Source of the DNA: Anaerolineales bacterium
GTDB lineage: Bacteria > Chloroflexota > Anaerolineae > Anaerolineales > UBA11858
Assembly: GCA_028278545.1 (NCBI GenBank)
Contig: JANQED010000138.1
Span: 29,237-93,236, forward strand
Length of the DNA stretch: 64,000 nucleotides
Reading direction: 5' to 3'
The position numbers and the translations under genes are program-made. Below, in pieces: positions 28,134-38,891 of the stretch. The notes beneath the pieces are model-generated. The model searched no databases. It was given only the letters and a program-made list of their open reading frames with translations, and was not told the origin of the DNA. The stretch's first letter is position 1. Every line of letters begins with the position of its first letter.

Positions 28134-28162
28134 TTGACTAATCCATGCTAGGATGCTAGACT
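28134..28162 (+). promoter_or_regulatory. Promoter of the Arg-leader/argG unit
   Basis: TTGACT (28134-28139), 17-nt spacer ending in TGC, TAGACT (28157-28162). Same architecture as the promoter at 26922-26950. Confidence 0.55.
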
Positions 28163-28175
28163 TCGCCCTAATATC

Positions 28176-28265
28176 ATGGCAAACCCAATTATTGCAAACG
28201 TCCGTCGCGCTCGTCCTAAGAACCCGCCCCCCACCCGGGAAGGTCGGGCGTTTGTGTTTGGGTAA
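28176..28265 (+). CDS. Candidate Arg-codon-rich leader peptide (29 aa)
   Basis: My own translation: MANPIIANVRRARPKNPPPTREGRAFVFG. Five Arg codons, including CGT CGC GCT CGT, plus a PPP tract. Followed by an intrinsic terminator. Confidence 0.45.
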   Translation: MANPIIANVRRARPKNPPPTREGRAFVFG

Positions 28266-28304
28266 TCAGTAAAAGCAAACTACACGCTCTATTCTTGTAA
28301 GCAC

Positions 28305-28337
28305 AGCCCTCCTTCCCCAGGAGGGCTTTTTTATTTT
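28305..28337 (+). terminator. Intrinsic terminator (attenuator) upstream of argG
   Basis: AGCCCTCCT (28305-28313), 5-nt loop, AGGAGGGCT (28319-28327), then TTTTTTATTTT. Confidence 0.75.
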
Positions 28338-28411
28338 CGCCCGCGCCCCTCGCTTTCCCTCCCCTTGGGATGCTGGATGCAGCCGGGGTGAGCGCAAAAA
28401 AGGAGTATTTT

Positions 28412-29680
28412 ATGCCTACCCATCCTACCAAACCCGTCGAAAAAGTCGTCCTGGCTTACTCTGGTGGTCTGGACACCTCGGTGATCGTGCCATGGCTCAG
28501 GGAGAATTACGACTGTGAAGTGATCTGCTTCACCGCCGACCTGGGCCAGGGCGAGGAACTGGACGGCCTGGAAGAAAAAGCCCTCGCCAGTGGCGCCAGC
28601 CAACTGATCGTCAAAGACCTGAACGAAGAGTTCGCAAGCGATTTCTTGTTCCCTCTGTTGCGTTCTGGCGCTGTCTACGAGCGTAAATATCTGCTGGGCA
28701 CTTCTGTAGCACGCCCGCTGATCGCCAAGTACCTGGTCGAAGTCGCCCACCAGGTCGGCGCTGACGCCGTTTCCCACGGCGCTACGGGAAAAGGCAACGA
28801 CCAGGTGCGCTTCGAATTGACCGTCATGGCCCTCGACCCACGCCTGACTATCATTGCCCCTTGGCGAGAATGGGACATCCGTTCCAGAGAAGACGCCCTG
28901 ACATTCGCCGAGCAGCACGGCATCCCCGTGCCGAACACGCTCAAATCCATCTACAGCCGCGACCGCAACCTGTGGCATTTATCTCACGAGGGCGGCCCAC
29001 TGGAGGAGACATGGGTGGAGCCGGAGGAGTCTATGTACCTGCTCAGCGCCTCTCCAGAAGATGCCCCCGACCAGCCCGAATACATCGAAATCGAGTTCGA
29101 TGCCGGCACACCCACAAGCCTTAATGGAGAGGAAGTCACCCCAGCTCAATTGATCCACCAGCTCAATACCATCGGTGGCGTGCACGGCATCGGGCGCACA
29201 GACCTCGTCGAAAGCCGCCTGGTAGGCATGAAATCCCACGGGGTCTACGAAACACCAGGCGGCACAATCCTGACAGCCGCCCACCGCGAACTGGAATCAC
29301 TGGTGCTTGATAAAGCCACTATCCAATTCAAAGACATGGTGGCGCTCAAATATGCCGAATTGCTGTACAACGGTATGTGGTTCTCGCCGCTCAAAGAAGC
29401 CATCGACGCCTTCATGGACAACACCCAGGGCCCTGTCACCGGCACGGTACGCCTCAAGCTCTACAAGGGCAATATCATCCCCGTCGGACGCAAAAGCCCC
29501 TTCACACTCTACCGGGAAGACTTCGCTACCTTCGGGCAAGAAGATGTCTACGACCAATCCGATGCCGAGGGCTTCATCCGTCTCTTCGGGCTGCCGCTGA
29601 AAGTGCGTGCCCTCAACAATCTGCCCGTTTCGGGCCTGGATATGCCCAAACCAGACTATTCCAGGTTCAAGAGAGACTAG
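28412..29680 (+). CDS. argG: Argininosuccinate synthase
   Basis: [26 protein letters not shown]. Start moved to ATG 28412 (AAGGAG RBS). Confidence 0.96.
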   Translation: MPTHPTKPVEKVVLAYSGGLDTSVIVPWLRENYDCEVICFTADLGQGEELDGLEEKALASGASQLIVKDLNEEFASDFLFPLLRSGAVYERKYLLGTSVARPLIAKYLVEVAHQVGADAVSHGATGKGNDQVRFELTVMALDPRLTIIAPWREWDIRSREDALTFAEQHGIPVPNTLKSIYSRDRNLWHLSHEGGPLEETWVEPEESMYLLSASPEDAPDQPEYIEIEFDAGTPTSLNGEEVTPAQLIHQLNTIGGVHGIGRTDLVESRLVGMKSHGVYETPGGTILTAAHRELESLVLDKATIQFKDMVALKYAELLYNGMWFSPLKEAIDAFMDNTQGPVTGTVRLKLYKGNIIPVGRKSPFTLYREDFATFGQEDVYDQSDAEGFIRLFGLPLKVRALNNLPVSGLDMPKPDYSRFKRD

Positions 29681-29701
29681 TTCAGCATAACGGAGTGAAC
29701 A

Positions 29702-31081
29702 ATGTCCCTTTGGAAAGGTCGTTTTAACGGAAAGGCCGACGCGCAGATGTGGGAACTCAACGCCTCCATCAGCTTCGACCAGCGCATGGGGGTGCAGGAC
29801 GTGCGCGGCAGCCTGGCCTGGAGCAAGGCCCTGGAACTGGCCGGTGTTTTGACAGCGGACGAGCGGACTCAGCTCGAGGCTGGTCTGAACCAAATTGAGT
29901 CCGAGTTCCGCTTCCAAAAATTTACCTTCGTCCCCGAAGATGAAGACATTCACACCGCCGTCGAGCGCCGCCTGGGAGAATTGATCGGCCCGCTGGCGGG
30001 CAAACTGCACACCGGGCGCAGCCGCAACGACCAGGTTGCCACCGATTTGCGTCTGTGGCTGCTGGATCACCTCCCCAAACTGGTTGCCGCCATCGCCAAT
30101 CTACAGTCCGTCCTCATCCACCGTGCCGAAACAGACTTGGGCACCCTGATGCCCGGCTATACCCACTTGCAGCGGGCGCAGCCGATCCTGCTCAGCCATT
30201 GGTGGCTTTCCCATTTCTGGCCGTTGCAGCGCGACCTGGATCGTCTGGCCGCTTTGGAGCCGCGCATCGCCGTGCTATCCTTGGGAGCAGGCGCTTTGGC
30301 TGGTACTCCCTTCCCTATCGACCGCCACGCCCTGGCCGAAAGCCTGGGATTCGACCACCCAGCGCCCAACAGCCTCGATGCCGTCTCGGACAGGGATTTC
30401 GCCGCTGAATTCCTGTTCATCGCTGCGCTCACAGGCACCCATCTCAGCAAATTGGCTGAAAACATCGTCCTGTTTACCAGTGCGGAGTTCGCTTTCTTCG
30501 AGCTGGACGATGCTTACGGCACCGGGTCGAGCCTGATGCCCCAAAAGAAAAACCCCGACCCCTTCGAACTGGCCCGCGGTAAAGCCGGGACGCTGCTGGG
30601 GTATCTCAGCGGATTAATGGCGACGCTCAAAGGTCTGCCCTCGGCCTACGATAAAGACTTGCAAGAGGATAAAGTGCCCGTTTTTCAGGCCTTCGACACG
30701 TTAATGGCCCTACTGCCGGTCATGGCGAATGCACTGCGCACGCTGACGGTTTACCCCCAGAGAATGGAATCCGCTATCGACGCAGGTATGATGGCCACGG
30801 ACCTGGCAGATTACCTCGTGGGGCGCGGTATCCCCTTCCGGGAAGCTCACACCCTCACAGGTCAAGCCGTGAAGCTGGCCCTTGAAAAAGGGTCAACCCT
30901 GGAGGCGTTGACCCTCTCCGATTACCAGTCCCTCCACCCAGTTTTCGATGAATCCGTCTACGCGGTCTTCGACCCGCGGGGCAGCATCGCCCGTCGCAAG
31001 GCGTTCGGCGGAACGGCACCGGAAGCCGTGAAAGAACAGATCAAACAAGCCAAAGAGAAGTTGCAGGGCAGCAACGGGTAA
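29702..31081 (+). CDS. argH: Argininosuccinate lyase
   Basis: MSLWKGRF..., GSSLMPQKKNPD signature. Confidence 0.96.
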   Translation: MSLWKGRFNGKADAQMWELNASISFDQRMGVQDVRGSLAWSKALELAGVLTADERTQLEAGLNQIESEFRFQKFTFVPEDEDIHTAVERRLGELIGPLAGKLHTGRSRNDQVATDLRLWLLDHLPKLVAAIANLQSVLIHRAETDLGTLMPGYTHLQRAQPILLSHWWLSHFWPLQRDLDRLAALEPRIAVLSLGAGALAGTPFPIDRHALAESLGFDHPAPNSLDAVSDRDFAAEFLFIAALTGTHLSKLAENIVLFTSAEFAFFELDDAYGTGSSLMPQKKNPDPFELARGKAGTLLGYLSGLMATLKGLPSAYDKDLQEDKVPVFQAFDTLMALLPVMANALRTLTVYPQRMESAIDAGMMATDLADYLVGRGIPFREAHTLTGQAVKLALEKGSTLEALTLSDYQSLHPVFDESVYAVFDPRGSIARRKAFGGTAPEAVKEQIKQAKEKLQGSNG

Positions 31082-31149
31082 ACAAGAATTTCCCCTTTAC
31101 TGGTTATCTTGTTTACCTGCTGCTTGCCCACAAGAATAAGGAGTAGAAC

Positions 31150-31320
31150 ATGTCCCAGCTATCTTGCCCCGAATGTGTCGCTGATATCGAATTGGAAGCC
31201 GACACTGAACTAAACGAAATCATCGTCTGCCCAGACTGCGGCGTAGACCTGGAAGTGATCTCCCTGGAACCTCCCGCAGTGGAATTGGCCCCCATGGAAG
31301 AGGAAGATTGGGGCGAATAA
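31150..31320 (+). CDS. lysW: LysW/ArgW amino-group carrier protein (56 aa, below the ORF-track size cut-off)
   Basis: My own translation: [56 protein letters not shown]. CPxC...CPDC zinc ribbon and the hallmark C-terminal EDWGE. AAGGAG RBS. Confidence 0.9.
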   Translation: MSQLSCPECVADIELEADTELNEIIVCPDCGVDLEVISLEPPAVELAPMEEEDWGE

Positions 31321-31325
31321 CCACC

Positions 31326-32198
31326 ATGCCTAAACAACCCCGCATTGGCGTGCTCTATTCGCGGGTGCGCGTCGAAGAGAAGTGGATTTTCGCGGCCCTA
31401 GAGCAGCGCAACGTAGATTACGACCGCCTGGACGACCGCAAAATCCATTTTGATCTGAGCAACCCGGAACCCTGGCTGAAATACGACGCCATCCTGGAGC
31501 GCAGTATCAGCTACGCCCGCGGTCTATACTCCCTGCGTACGCTCAATTCCTGGGGCGTGCCCACAGTCAACACCGCTGCGGTATCTGAGGCCTGCGGCGA
31601 TAAAATCGCCACCAGCACCGCCCTGGCAAAAGCGAAAGTCCCCCAGCCGAATACCAGGATCGCCTTTACCCCTCAGTCAGCGCTGGAGGCTATCGAAACG
31701 CTCGGATACCCCGCCGTGCTCAAACCGGTGGTCGGCTCGTGGGGCCGGTTGCTGGCCAAGATCAACGACCGCGATGCCGCCGAAGCCATCCTGGAACACA
31801 AGGCTGTGCTCGGCTCGTACCAGCATTCGATCTTCTACATCCAGGAATTCATCGAGAAGCCTGGGCGTGACATCCGCGTGTTCGTTGTGGGCGACCAGGC
31901 CATAACCGCCATCTACCGCAAATCTCCGCATTGGATCACGAACACTGCCCGCGGAGGCATCGGTGAGATCTGCCCGCTGACATCAGAATTAGAGACCCTT
32001 TGCGGAGAAGCGGCGCGCGCCGTTGGGGGTGGAGTGCTGGCTGTGGACGTGATCGAGCACCCCGAGCGCGGTTACCTGATCAACGAAATCAATCACACCC
32101 TGGAGTTCAGCACGGCCCAGCCAACATCGGGCGTGGATATCGCCGGGATCATCGCGGATTATGTGATTGAAGTGGCAAAGGGAAGAAGCACAGATTGA
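31326..32198 (+). CDS. argX: LysX/ArgX-type ATP-grasp ligase (glutamate--LysW ligase candidate)
   Basis: 290 aa. [24 protein letters not shown]... Paralogue of 27160..28119. Immediately downstream of lysW, in the arg-leader-controlled unit. Confidence 0.75.
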   Translation: MPKQPRIGVLYSRVRVEEKWIFAALEQRNVDYDRLDDRKIHFDLSNPEPWLKYDAILERSISYARGLYSLRTLNSWGVPTVNTAAVSEACGDKIATSTALAKAKVPQPNTRIAFTPQSALEAIETLGYPAVLKPVVGSWGRLLAKINDRDAAEAILEHKAVLGSYQHSIFYIQEFIEKPGRDIRVFVVGDQAITAIYRKSPHWITNTARGGIGEICPLTSELETLCGEAARAVGGGVLAVDVIEHPERGYLINEINHTLEFSTAQPTSGVDIAGIIADYVIEVAKGRSTD

Positions 32199-32244
32199 GG
32201 ATCAGGCAATTCAGCCACCAATCTCAGATTCTGAAGGAAAATCT

Positions 32245-33279
32245 ATGATACGAGCAAGCATCATTGGCGGGTCTGGCTACACAGGGGGAGAATTGCTGCG
32301 GCTGCTGATCCATCATCCAAAAGTAGAGGTCATCCAGGCCACCTCGCGCCAGAAGCTGGGTGAGTATGTCTACCAAACCCACCCTAACCTGCGCAAGCAG
32401 ACCAGCCTGAAATTCACCTCTCCTGAGGAGCTTCAATCTACCGACGTGCTCTTCCTGGCTCTGCCTCATGGTCAAGCCCAACATGATATCGAACGGTATG
32501 CTGAACTGGCGGAACATATCATCGATCTCTCGGCAGATTTCCGCTTGCGGAACGCCGATCTCTATCTAAAATGGTACGGGGAAGCCCACGCAGCCCCCGA
32601 TTGGCTGACGAAGTTCGTATACGGCTTGCCGGAGCTGCACCGCACCGAGCTGCGCTCGGCTAATTACATCAGCGGGGTGGGCTGCAACGCCACCGCCGGG
32701 AATCTGGGGCTGCTGCCGCTGATTCGCGCCAACCTGCTTGACAGGGATAAACCCGTCATCATCGAACTAAAAGTCGGCTCATCAGAGGGGGGCGCAGCGG
32801 TGAATCCCGGCTCCCATCACCCCGAGCGCAGCGGCGTGGTACGCACTTACGCCCCTTATGGGCATCGCCACACCGCTGAGGTCATCCAGGAGATGGGGCT
32901 ACAAAACGTCACCCTGACCATGACCTCGGTTGGCATGGTGCGCGGCGCGCTGGCTACCGTCCACGGCTACGTCAACGAGGGTGTGGCACTCAAAGACCTG
33001 TGGCAAGCATATCGGAGCGCCGTCGCTGAGAATCCGTTCCTGCGGGTGGTCAAGGAACGCCGGGGAATCTATCGCGTCCCTGAGCCAAAAATCCTGGCGG
33101 GATCCAACTACGCCGATTTAGGCTTCGATTTAGACCCTGACACAGGGCACGTGATCTCGATTTGTGCCATCGACAACTTGATGAAAGGGGCTTCAGGCTC
33201 GGCCGTGCAGTCGATGAACTTAATGCTTGGCTTCGAGGAAACCCTGGGGCTGGAGTTCCCCGGCCTGCACCCTATTTAA
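32245..33279 (+). CDS. lysY: [LysW]-aminoadipate/glutamate semialdehyde-forming reductase (ArgC/LysY family)
   Basis: MIRASIIGGSGYTGGELLRLL, GCNATAG active-site Cys. Start moved to ATG 32245. Confidence 0.88.
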   Translation: MIRASIIGGSGYTGGELLRLLIHHPKVEVIQATSRQKLGEYVYQTHPNLRKQTSLKFTSPEELQSTDVLFLALPHGQAQHDIERYAELAEHIIDLSADFRLRNADLYLKWYGEAHAAPDWLTKFVYGLPELHRTELRSANYISGVGCNATAGNLGLLPLIRANLLDRDKPVIIELKVGSSEGGAAVNPGSHHPERSGVVRTYAPYGHRHTAEVIQEMGLQNVTLTMTSVGMVRGALATVHGYVNEGVALKDLWQAYRSAVAENPFLRVVKERRGIYRVPEPKILAGSNYADLGFDLDPDTGHVISICAIDNLMKGASGSAVQSMNLMLGFEETLGLEFPGLHPI

Positions 33280-33298
33280 ATTTGGACGAGGAGCAGAT

Positions 33299-34141
33299 AT
33301 GACCAACCCCCGGTCAGGGACATTTGATCACCAATCTATGATCGTTGTAAAGCTCGGCGGTGCTGAGGGCGTGGATTTTTCGGCCATCTGCCAGGATGCA
33401 GCCGCGCTGTTGGAGCAAGGTCAACGCCTGGTTTTGGTGCACGGCGGCTCAGCGGAGGCCAACGCTTTAGGAGAAACTATCGGGCATCCCCCTCGTTTTG
33501 TGACCTCCCCTTCAGGCTTCACCTCCCGCTACACGGACCGCAAAACCCTTGAGATTTTCGCCGCGGCGGTAAACGGTAAGATCAATACCCTTTTAGTGGA
33601 ACAGCTTCAGAGGCTGGGCGTAAACGCATTTGGCCTGAGCGGTCTCGATGGGCGGCTGATGGTCGCCAAGCGCAAGGCTGCCATCCGCATCATTGAAAAC
33701 GGGAAGCGCAAAATATTGCGTGATGACTACACCGGAAAGATCCAACAGGTCAATGCGCAGTGGCTTATGACGCTGTTGGGGTCAGGAATCACCCCTGTGA
33801 TCGCCCCGTTAGCAGTCAGTGAACTGGGCGAGGCCCTCAACGTCGACGCCGACCGGGCAGCGGCCATGATCGCGGCGGCCTTGAAAGTCGATACGCTGTT
33901 GTTGCTGACTGCTGCCCGGGGCCTGCTGAAGGGTTTCCCCGACGAGAGCACGCTCATCAAAAAGATGTCAACGTCAGACCTGGAAGGCGCGTTGGAAATT
34001 GCCCAGGGCCGAATGAAAAAAAAGGTGCTCGGCGCGCAGGAAGCGCTGACAGGCGGCGTGGCTAAAGTGATCATCGCCGACGGACGAGTACAGAAACCTA
34101 TCAGCAACGCATTGGAAGGGAATGGAACGGTAATTCTATGA
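33299..34141 (+). CDS. lysZ: [LysW]-aminoadipate/glutamate kinase (ArgB/LysZ family)
   Basis: IVVKLGGAEG, VLVHGGS amino-acid-kinase motifs. Start moved to ATG 33299. Confidence 0.85.
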   Translation: MTNPRSGTFDHQSMIVVKLGGAEGVDFSAICQDAAALLEQGQRLVLVHGGSAEANALGETIGHPPRFVTSPSGFTSRYTDRKTLEIFAAAVNGKINTLLVEQLQRLGVNAFGLSGLDGRLMVAKRKAAIRIIENGKRKILRDDYTGKIQQVNAQWLMTLLGSGITPVIAPLAVSELGEALNVDADRAAAMIAAALKVDTLLLLTAARGLLKGFPDESTLIKKMSTSDLEGALEIAQGRMKKKVLGAQEALTGGVAKVIIADGRVQKPISNALEGNGTVIL

Positions 34142-34770
<629 letters not shown>

Positions 34771-34794
34771 CTACCAAGTGAACAAGTTAAGCCT

Positions 34795-35952
34795 ATGAGC
34801 ATAAAAACTATCGAAACCCAACACACATCTGGCGTATATGCCAAGCGCGACCTGACCATCGTGCGCGGCGCAGGGGCAACGCTCTGGGATGACCAGGGCC
34901 GCGAGTTTATCGACTGCGTCGGTGGGCAAGGCGCTGCCAACCTGGGCCACACCCATCCGGCCATCGTTGCGGCGCTCACCGAGCAGGCCAATAAACTGAT
35001 CACCTGCCCAGAGATGTTCTACAATGACCGCCGGGCAGAACTGCTCTCCCGGCTGACCAGCCTGGCGCCTAAAGGAATGCAGCGGGCCTTCCTGACCAAC
35101 TCAGGCACGGAAGCCGTAGAAGCGGCCTTCAAGTTCGCCCGCTTCAGCACCCAGCGCAGGAAAATCATCGCCGCAATGCGGGGTTTCCACGGGCGTACCA
35201 TGGGGGCCCTCTCAGCTACATGGAATAAAAAATATCGCCAACCCTTTGCCCCCCTGGTGCCCGATTTTGAACACGTGCCATACAATAACCTGGGAAAGCT
35301 GGCAACTGCCGTAGATAACCAAACAGCAGCCGTGGTTTTGGAAGTCGTCCAAGGCGAAGGCGGTGTCCACCCCGGCACGACTGAATATCTCCAGGGAGCG
35401 CAAAAGCTCTGTCGAGAGCACGGGGCCCTGCTGATCCTGGATGAGGTCCAAACCGGCTTCGGACGCACAGGTAAATTGTTCGCTTTGGAGCATCATGGTC
35501 TGCGCCCCGACCTGCTTTGCCTGGCGAAATCTATTGCTGGAGGAGTGCCCATGGGCGCAGTGCTCCTTGGGGAGCGCGTGAACGAGCTCACCCCAGGCAT
35601 CCATGGTTCAACGTTTGGGGGTAATCCCCTGGCCGCATCCGCCTCCCTGGCAGCGCTGGAAGTGCTCGAAACCGAAACGCTCCCTCAACGAGCGGCGCAA
35701 CTTGGGGATTACTTGATCAACGAACTGCGCAGCATTGAGTCCCCTCTCATCCGCGAAGTGCGTGGCCTGGGTCTGATGGTCGGCATCGAAATCAAAGCTA
35801 AAGTGGCTCCCTACCTGAAAGCGCTGACCAAGCGCGGCGTGCTGGCCCTGCCTACAGGTTTGACCGTTATCCGCCTGCTGCCGCCCTTGGTGATCACGCG
35901 GGAGCAGCTAGCGAGCGTAGCGAGCGCGTTACAAGAAGTGCTGACCGAATGA
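34795..35952 (+). CDS. lysJ: [LysW]-aminoadipate semialdehyde / acetylornithine-type class III aminotransferase (ArgD/LysJ)
   Basis: [31 protein letters not shown] Lys in LAKSIAGG. Start moved to ATG 34795. Confidence 0.88.
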   Translation: MSIKTIETQHTSGVYAKRDLTIVRGAGATLWDDQGREFIDCVGGQGAANLGHTHPAIVAALTEQANKLITCPEMFYNDRRAELLSRLTSLAPKGMQRAFLTNSGTEAVEAAFKFARFSTQRRKIIAAMRGFHGRTMGALSATWNKKYRQPFAPLVPDFEHVPYNNLGKLATAVDNQTAAVVLEVVQGEGGVHPGTTEYLQGAQKLCREHGALLILDEVQTGFGRTGKLFALEHHGLRPDLLCLAKSIAGGVPMGAVLLGERVNELTPGIHGSTFGGNPLAASASLAALEVLETETLPQRAAQLGDYLINELRSIESPLIREVRGLGLMVGIEIKAKVAPYLKALTKRGVLALPTGLTVIRLLPPLVITREQLASVASALQEVLTE

Positions 35953-37007
35953 CCGACGAACGGTTCGACCACCAGACCCTCATCGAACTCGTACGCCACT
36001 ACAGCCCTTCCGGCTCTGAAGCCCAGGCAGTGGCCTATCTCATCGAACGCATGCAGACTTTGGGGTTCGAGCGTGCCTTTCGAGATGAGGCTGGCAACGC
36101 AGTGGGGATGATCGGCGAGGGACCTCGGCAGGTGATCCTGCTTGGACACATTGACACTGTCCCCGGAGAAATTCCCTTCTGTATAGAAGATGGCACCCTC
36201 TATGGCCGCGGTTCGGTAGATGCCAAAGGGTCTTTGGCCGCCTTTGTGGATGCAGCTACGGCTGTTGGTCCCGTGGAAGGTTGGCAATTCGTGGTCATCG
36301 GCGCAGTAGATGAAGAACGCCATTCCACTGGGGCGCGTTACGTGGCCAATCAATATCGTCCTGATTTCGCCATCATCGGCGAGCCCTCCCGGTGGGACCG
36401 CATTACAACGGGCTATAAAGGCAGCGCCTGGGCCGATATCACCGTACGACGGCCCATGTCTCACACCGCCGGGGGAGATGAGAACGCTCCCGAGGCCGCA
36501 GTGGGAATCTGGAACCGCGTACGTGCCTGGGCAGATGAGTTCAACGCTCAGCACCAGAGAGCGTTCGATCAGGTACTGCCCAAACTGGATAGTATTACCT
36601 CGGGCGACAGTGACTTCGAGACCTGGGCCAAGCTGCGGCTGGGCGCGCGCCTGCCTCTAGCTGTATCCCCAGAAAGCTGGTACCAAACCCTGCAGAGGCT
36701 GGCATCCCCAGAAAAAATCAGCCCCACCGGGTACGCCATCCAAGCATATCGAGCGGAGAAAAACAACTCCCTTGTGCGAGCATTTTTGGGCGGGATTCGT
36801 GCTACAGGGGGCAAGCCGGGATTCGTGGTCAAGACCGGTACGGCTGATTTGAACATCGTCGCGCTAAAATGGGGTTGCCCAGCAGTTGCCTACGGGCCAG
36901 GGGATTCGAACCTGGATCACACCCCCAACGAACATCTTTCATTAACCGAATACCGCCAATCGGTCAACGTCCTTCGACACGTGCTGGGGAGGTTATCGAA
37001 ACGATAA
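35949..37007 (+). CDS. lysK: [LysW]-lysine/ornithine hydrolase (M20 peptidase, ArgE/LysK family)
   Basis: [20 protein letters not shown]20 metal-binding motifs. ATGA overlap with lysJ. Confidence 0.85.
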   Translation: MTDERFDHQTLIELVRHYSPSGSEAQAVAYLIERMQTLGFERAFRDEAGNAVGMIGEGPRQVILLGHIDTVPGEIPFCIEDGTLYGRGSVDAKGSLAAFVDAATAVGPVEGWQFVVIGAVDEERHSTGARYVANQYRPDFAIIGEPSRWDRITTGYKGSAWADITVRRPMSHTAGGDENAPEAAVGIWNRVRAWADEFNAQHQRAFDQVLPKLDSITSGDSDFETWAKLRLGARLPLAVSPESWYQTLQRLASPEKISPTGYAIQAYRAEKNNSLVRAFLGGIRATGGKPGFVVKTGTADLNIVALKWGCPAVAYGPGDSNLDHTPNEHLSLTEYRQSVNVLRHVLGRLSKR

Positions 37008-37022
37008 CCCATATGCGCGCCG

Positions 37023-37045
37023 GTCACGCCGTGTGGTGACTTTTT
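37023..37045 (+). terminator. Weak candidate intrinsic terminator after lysK
   Basis: GTCAC / GTGAC 5-bp stem (37023-37027 / 37036-37040) followed by TTTTT. The stem is short. Confidence 0.35.
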
Positions 37046-37093
37046 AGGTTATGATAAGGCGGAAAACCAACCCCAAAACATTTGGAGGGTATC

Positions 37094-38074
37094 ATGCAAT
37101 ACATAAACCTCGGTAATACCGGCTTGAAAGTCTCCCGCCTCTGCCTGGGGATGATGACCTATGGCACACCGAAATGGCGTGATTGGGTGCTGGATGAAGA
37201 AGAAAGCCGCCCTTTCATCCAGCGTGCCCTGGAAGCGGGGATCAACTTCTTCGATACCGCCAACGCATACTCCGCTGGGGTCAGCGAGGAAGTCACTGGC
37301 CGCGCCCTGCGAGAGTTCGCTCGCCGTGAGGAAGTGGTTATCGCAACCAAAGTCTATTTCCCTTACAACGATCAACCTAACCAGGGCGGCCTCTCGCGCC
37401 TGCACATCATGCGGGCAGTTGAAGACTCACTGCGACGCCTGGGGACAGACTATATCGACCTCTACCAGATCCACCGCTGGGACTACGAAACCCCCATCGA
37501 AGAAACTCTCGAAGCCCTGCACGATTTGGTCAAAGCGGGGATGGTGCGCTATATCGGAGCCTCCAGCATGCACACCTGGCAGTTCGCCAAATCACTTTAC
37601 CTGGCCGACCTGCGTGGCTGGACGCGCTTTGTCTCTATGCAGAACCATTACAACCTGATCTACCGCGAAGAAGAACGCGAAATGATCCCCCTCTGCATCG
37701 ACCAGGGCATTGGCATCATCCCGTGGAGTCCGCTGGCGCGCGGCTTCCTGGCTGGCAATCGCACCCGCGACAAATCCGGCGAGACCGCCCGCGCCAAATC
37801 TGATGACTACGCCCACAATATGTATTATCAAGACGCCGACTTCGCCGTCCTTGACAGAGTCATCGAACTGGGACAGCGACACGGCGTAACATCCGCTCAG
37901 ATCGCCCTGGGCTGGATGTTACACAAACCAGGCGTCACTGCTCCCATCATCGGCGCCAGCAAGATGCAACATCTCGAAGAAGCCCTCGCGGCCACCGATC
38001 TCCAACTCGGCGTTGAAGAAATCGATTATCTCGAAGAAGCTTACCAACCCCACCCTGTACTCGGTCACAAATAG
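37094..38074 (+). CDS. Aldo/keto reductase
   Basis: MQYINLGNTGLKVSRLCLG, FFDTANAYS, typical AKR. Start moved to ATG 37094 (GGAGGG RBS). Confidence 0.9.
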   Translation: MQYINLGNTGLKVSRLCLGMMTYGTPKWRDWVLDEEESRPFIQRALEAGINFFDTANAYSAGVSEEVTGRALREFARREEVVIATKVYFPYNDQPNQGGLSRLHIMRAVEDSLRRLGTDYIDLYQIHRWDYETPIEETLEALHDLVKAGMVRYIGASSMHTWQFAKSLYLADLRGWTRFVSMQNHYNLIYREEEREMIPLCIDQGIGIIPWSPLARGFLAGNRTRDKSGETARAKSDDYAHNMYYQDADFAVLDRVIELGQRHGVTSAQIALGWMLHKPGVTAPIIGASKMQHLEEALAATDLQLGVEEIDYLEEAYQPHPVLGHK

Positions 38075-38075
38075 C

Positions 38076-38696
38076 ATGTTCCACAACATTCCCCTGCCCA
38101 TCCTCGACCGCATGACCCAGCTGGAAGAGACGGACACCCGCGATCGCCAGGATGGAACGCCTCGACTTGATAGGCTACGACAAATACCCCCTGAGACGGG
38201 GCGATTCCTGGCCCTGATGGCAGCATCGGCTCCCAAAGGGGAGTTTCTGGAGATAGGCACCTCGGCTGGGTATTCCGCCTTGTGGATTTCGATCGCTCTT
38301 CAAGAGCGTTCCGAGAAGCTCCACACCTTCGAAGCGATGCCTGCCAAAATAACGCTGGCCCGAGAGACTTTCCGCCTCGCCAATGTAGAAAACCAGATCA
38401 AGCTGATTGCTGGAGATGCTCGCGAACACTTGCCGGATTACAAAAATATCGCCTTCTGCTTCCTGGATGCCGAAAAAGAGAGCTACGCCGACTGTTACGA
38501 ACTGACTATCCCCAATCTGATATCTGGTGGCTTATTTCTAGCCGACAATGTGATCAGTCACGGTGATGAGTTAGGGTTTTTCGTAAAGCGTGTCAGCGAA
38601 GACCCGCGCGTTGACGCCGCGGTTGTACCGATTGGCAAAGGGCTTTTACTCTGTCGAAAGAATCTTCAAAAAGCTAGACTTTTTGGAAAAGTTTAG
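38076..38696 (+). CDS. Class I SAM-dependent O-methyltransferase (family 3, caffeoyl-CoA OMT-like)
   Basis: LEIGTSAGYSALW, FCFLDAEKESY. Start moved to ATG 38076, directly after the AKR stop. Confidence 0.75.
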   Translation: MFHNIPLPILDRMTQLEETDTRDRQDGTPRLDRLRQIPPETGRFLALMAASAPKGEFLEIGTSAGYSALWISIALQERSEKLHTFEAMPAKITLARETFRLANVENQIKLIAGDAREHLPDYKNIAFCFLDAEKESYADCYELTIPNLISGGLFLADNVISHGDELGFFVKRVSEDPRVDAAVVPIGKGLLLCRKNLQKARLFGKV

Positions 38697-38891
38697 CTGC
38701 TCACCATGGAGAGAATCGTTTCGTAACAATGGGCGCTTGACTCCGCTTAGGGGAAGCCCTCTCCTGAGATTCCAGTCGATTCCTCCTCCTGAGAGCCCCC
38801 TGCCCTCGGGGGAGTTTTATTTAGCCCTCTCAACATCGAGATGAACGATCAAAAGGTATAATATCCTCAATAACTGAAGGAGCATTCGAGA

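Noticed and set aside
28331-30070. 215-aa and 257-aa minus-strand ORFs opposite argG and argH
   Set aside because: argG and argH are unambiguous. The antisense ORFs are GC-driven artefacts.
35811-36554. 247-aa minus-strand ORF opposite lysK
   Set aside because: It is a shadow ORF of the M20 peptidase gene.
36895-36915. GGGATTCGAACCTGGATC, which resembles a tRNA T-arm/acceptor end
   Set aside because: It lies in-frame inside lysK (GPGDSNLDH). No complementary acceptor stem, D-arm or anticodon arm is visible nearby.
38793-38822. Possible terminator (CCCCC...GGGGG followed by TTTTATTT) after the O-methyltransferase gene
   Set aside because: The stem is only 5 bp with a 7-nt loop. I judged it too weak to list as a feature.
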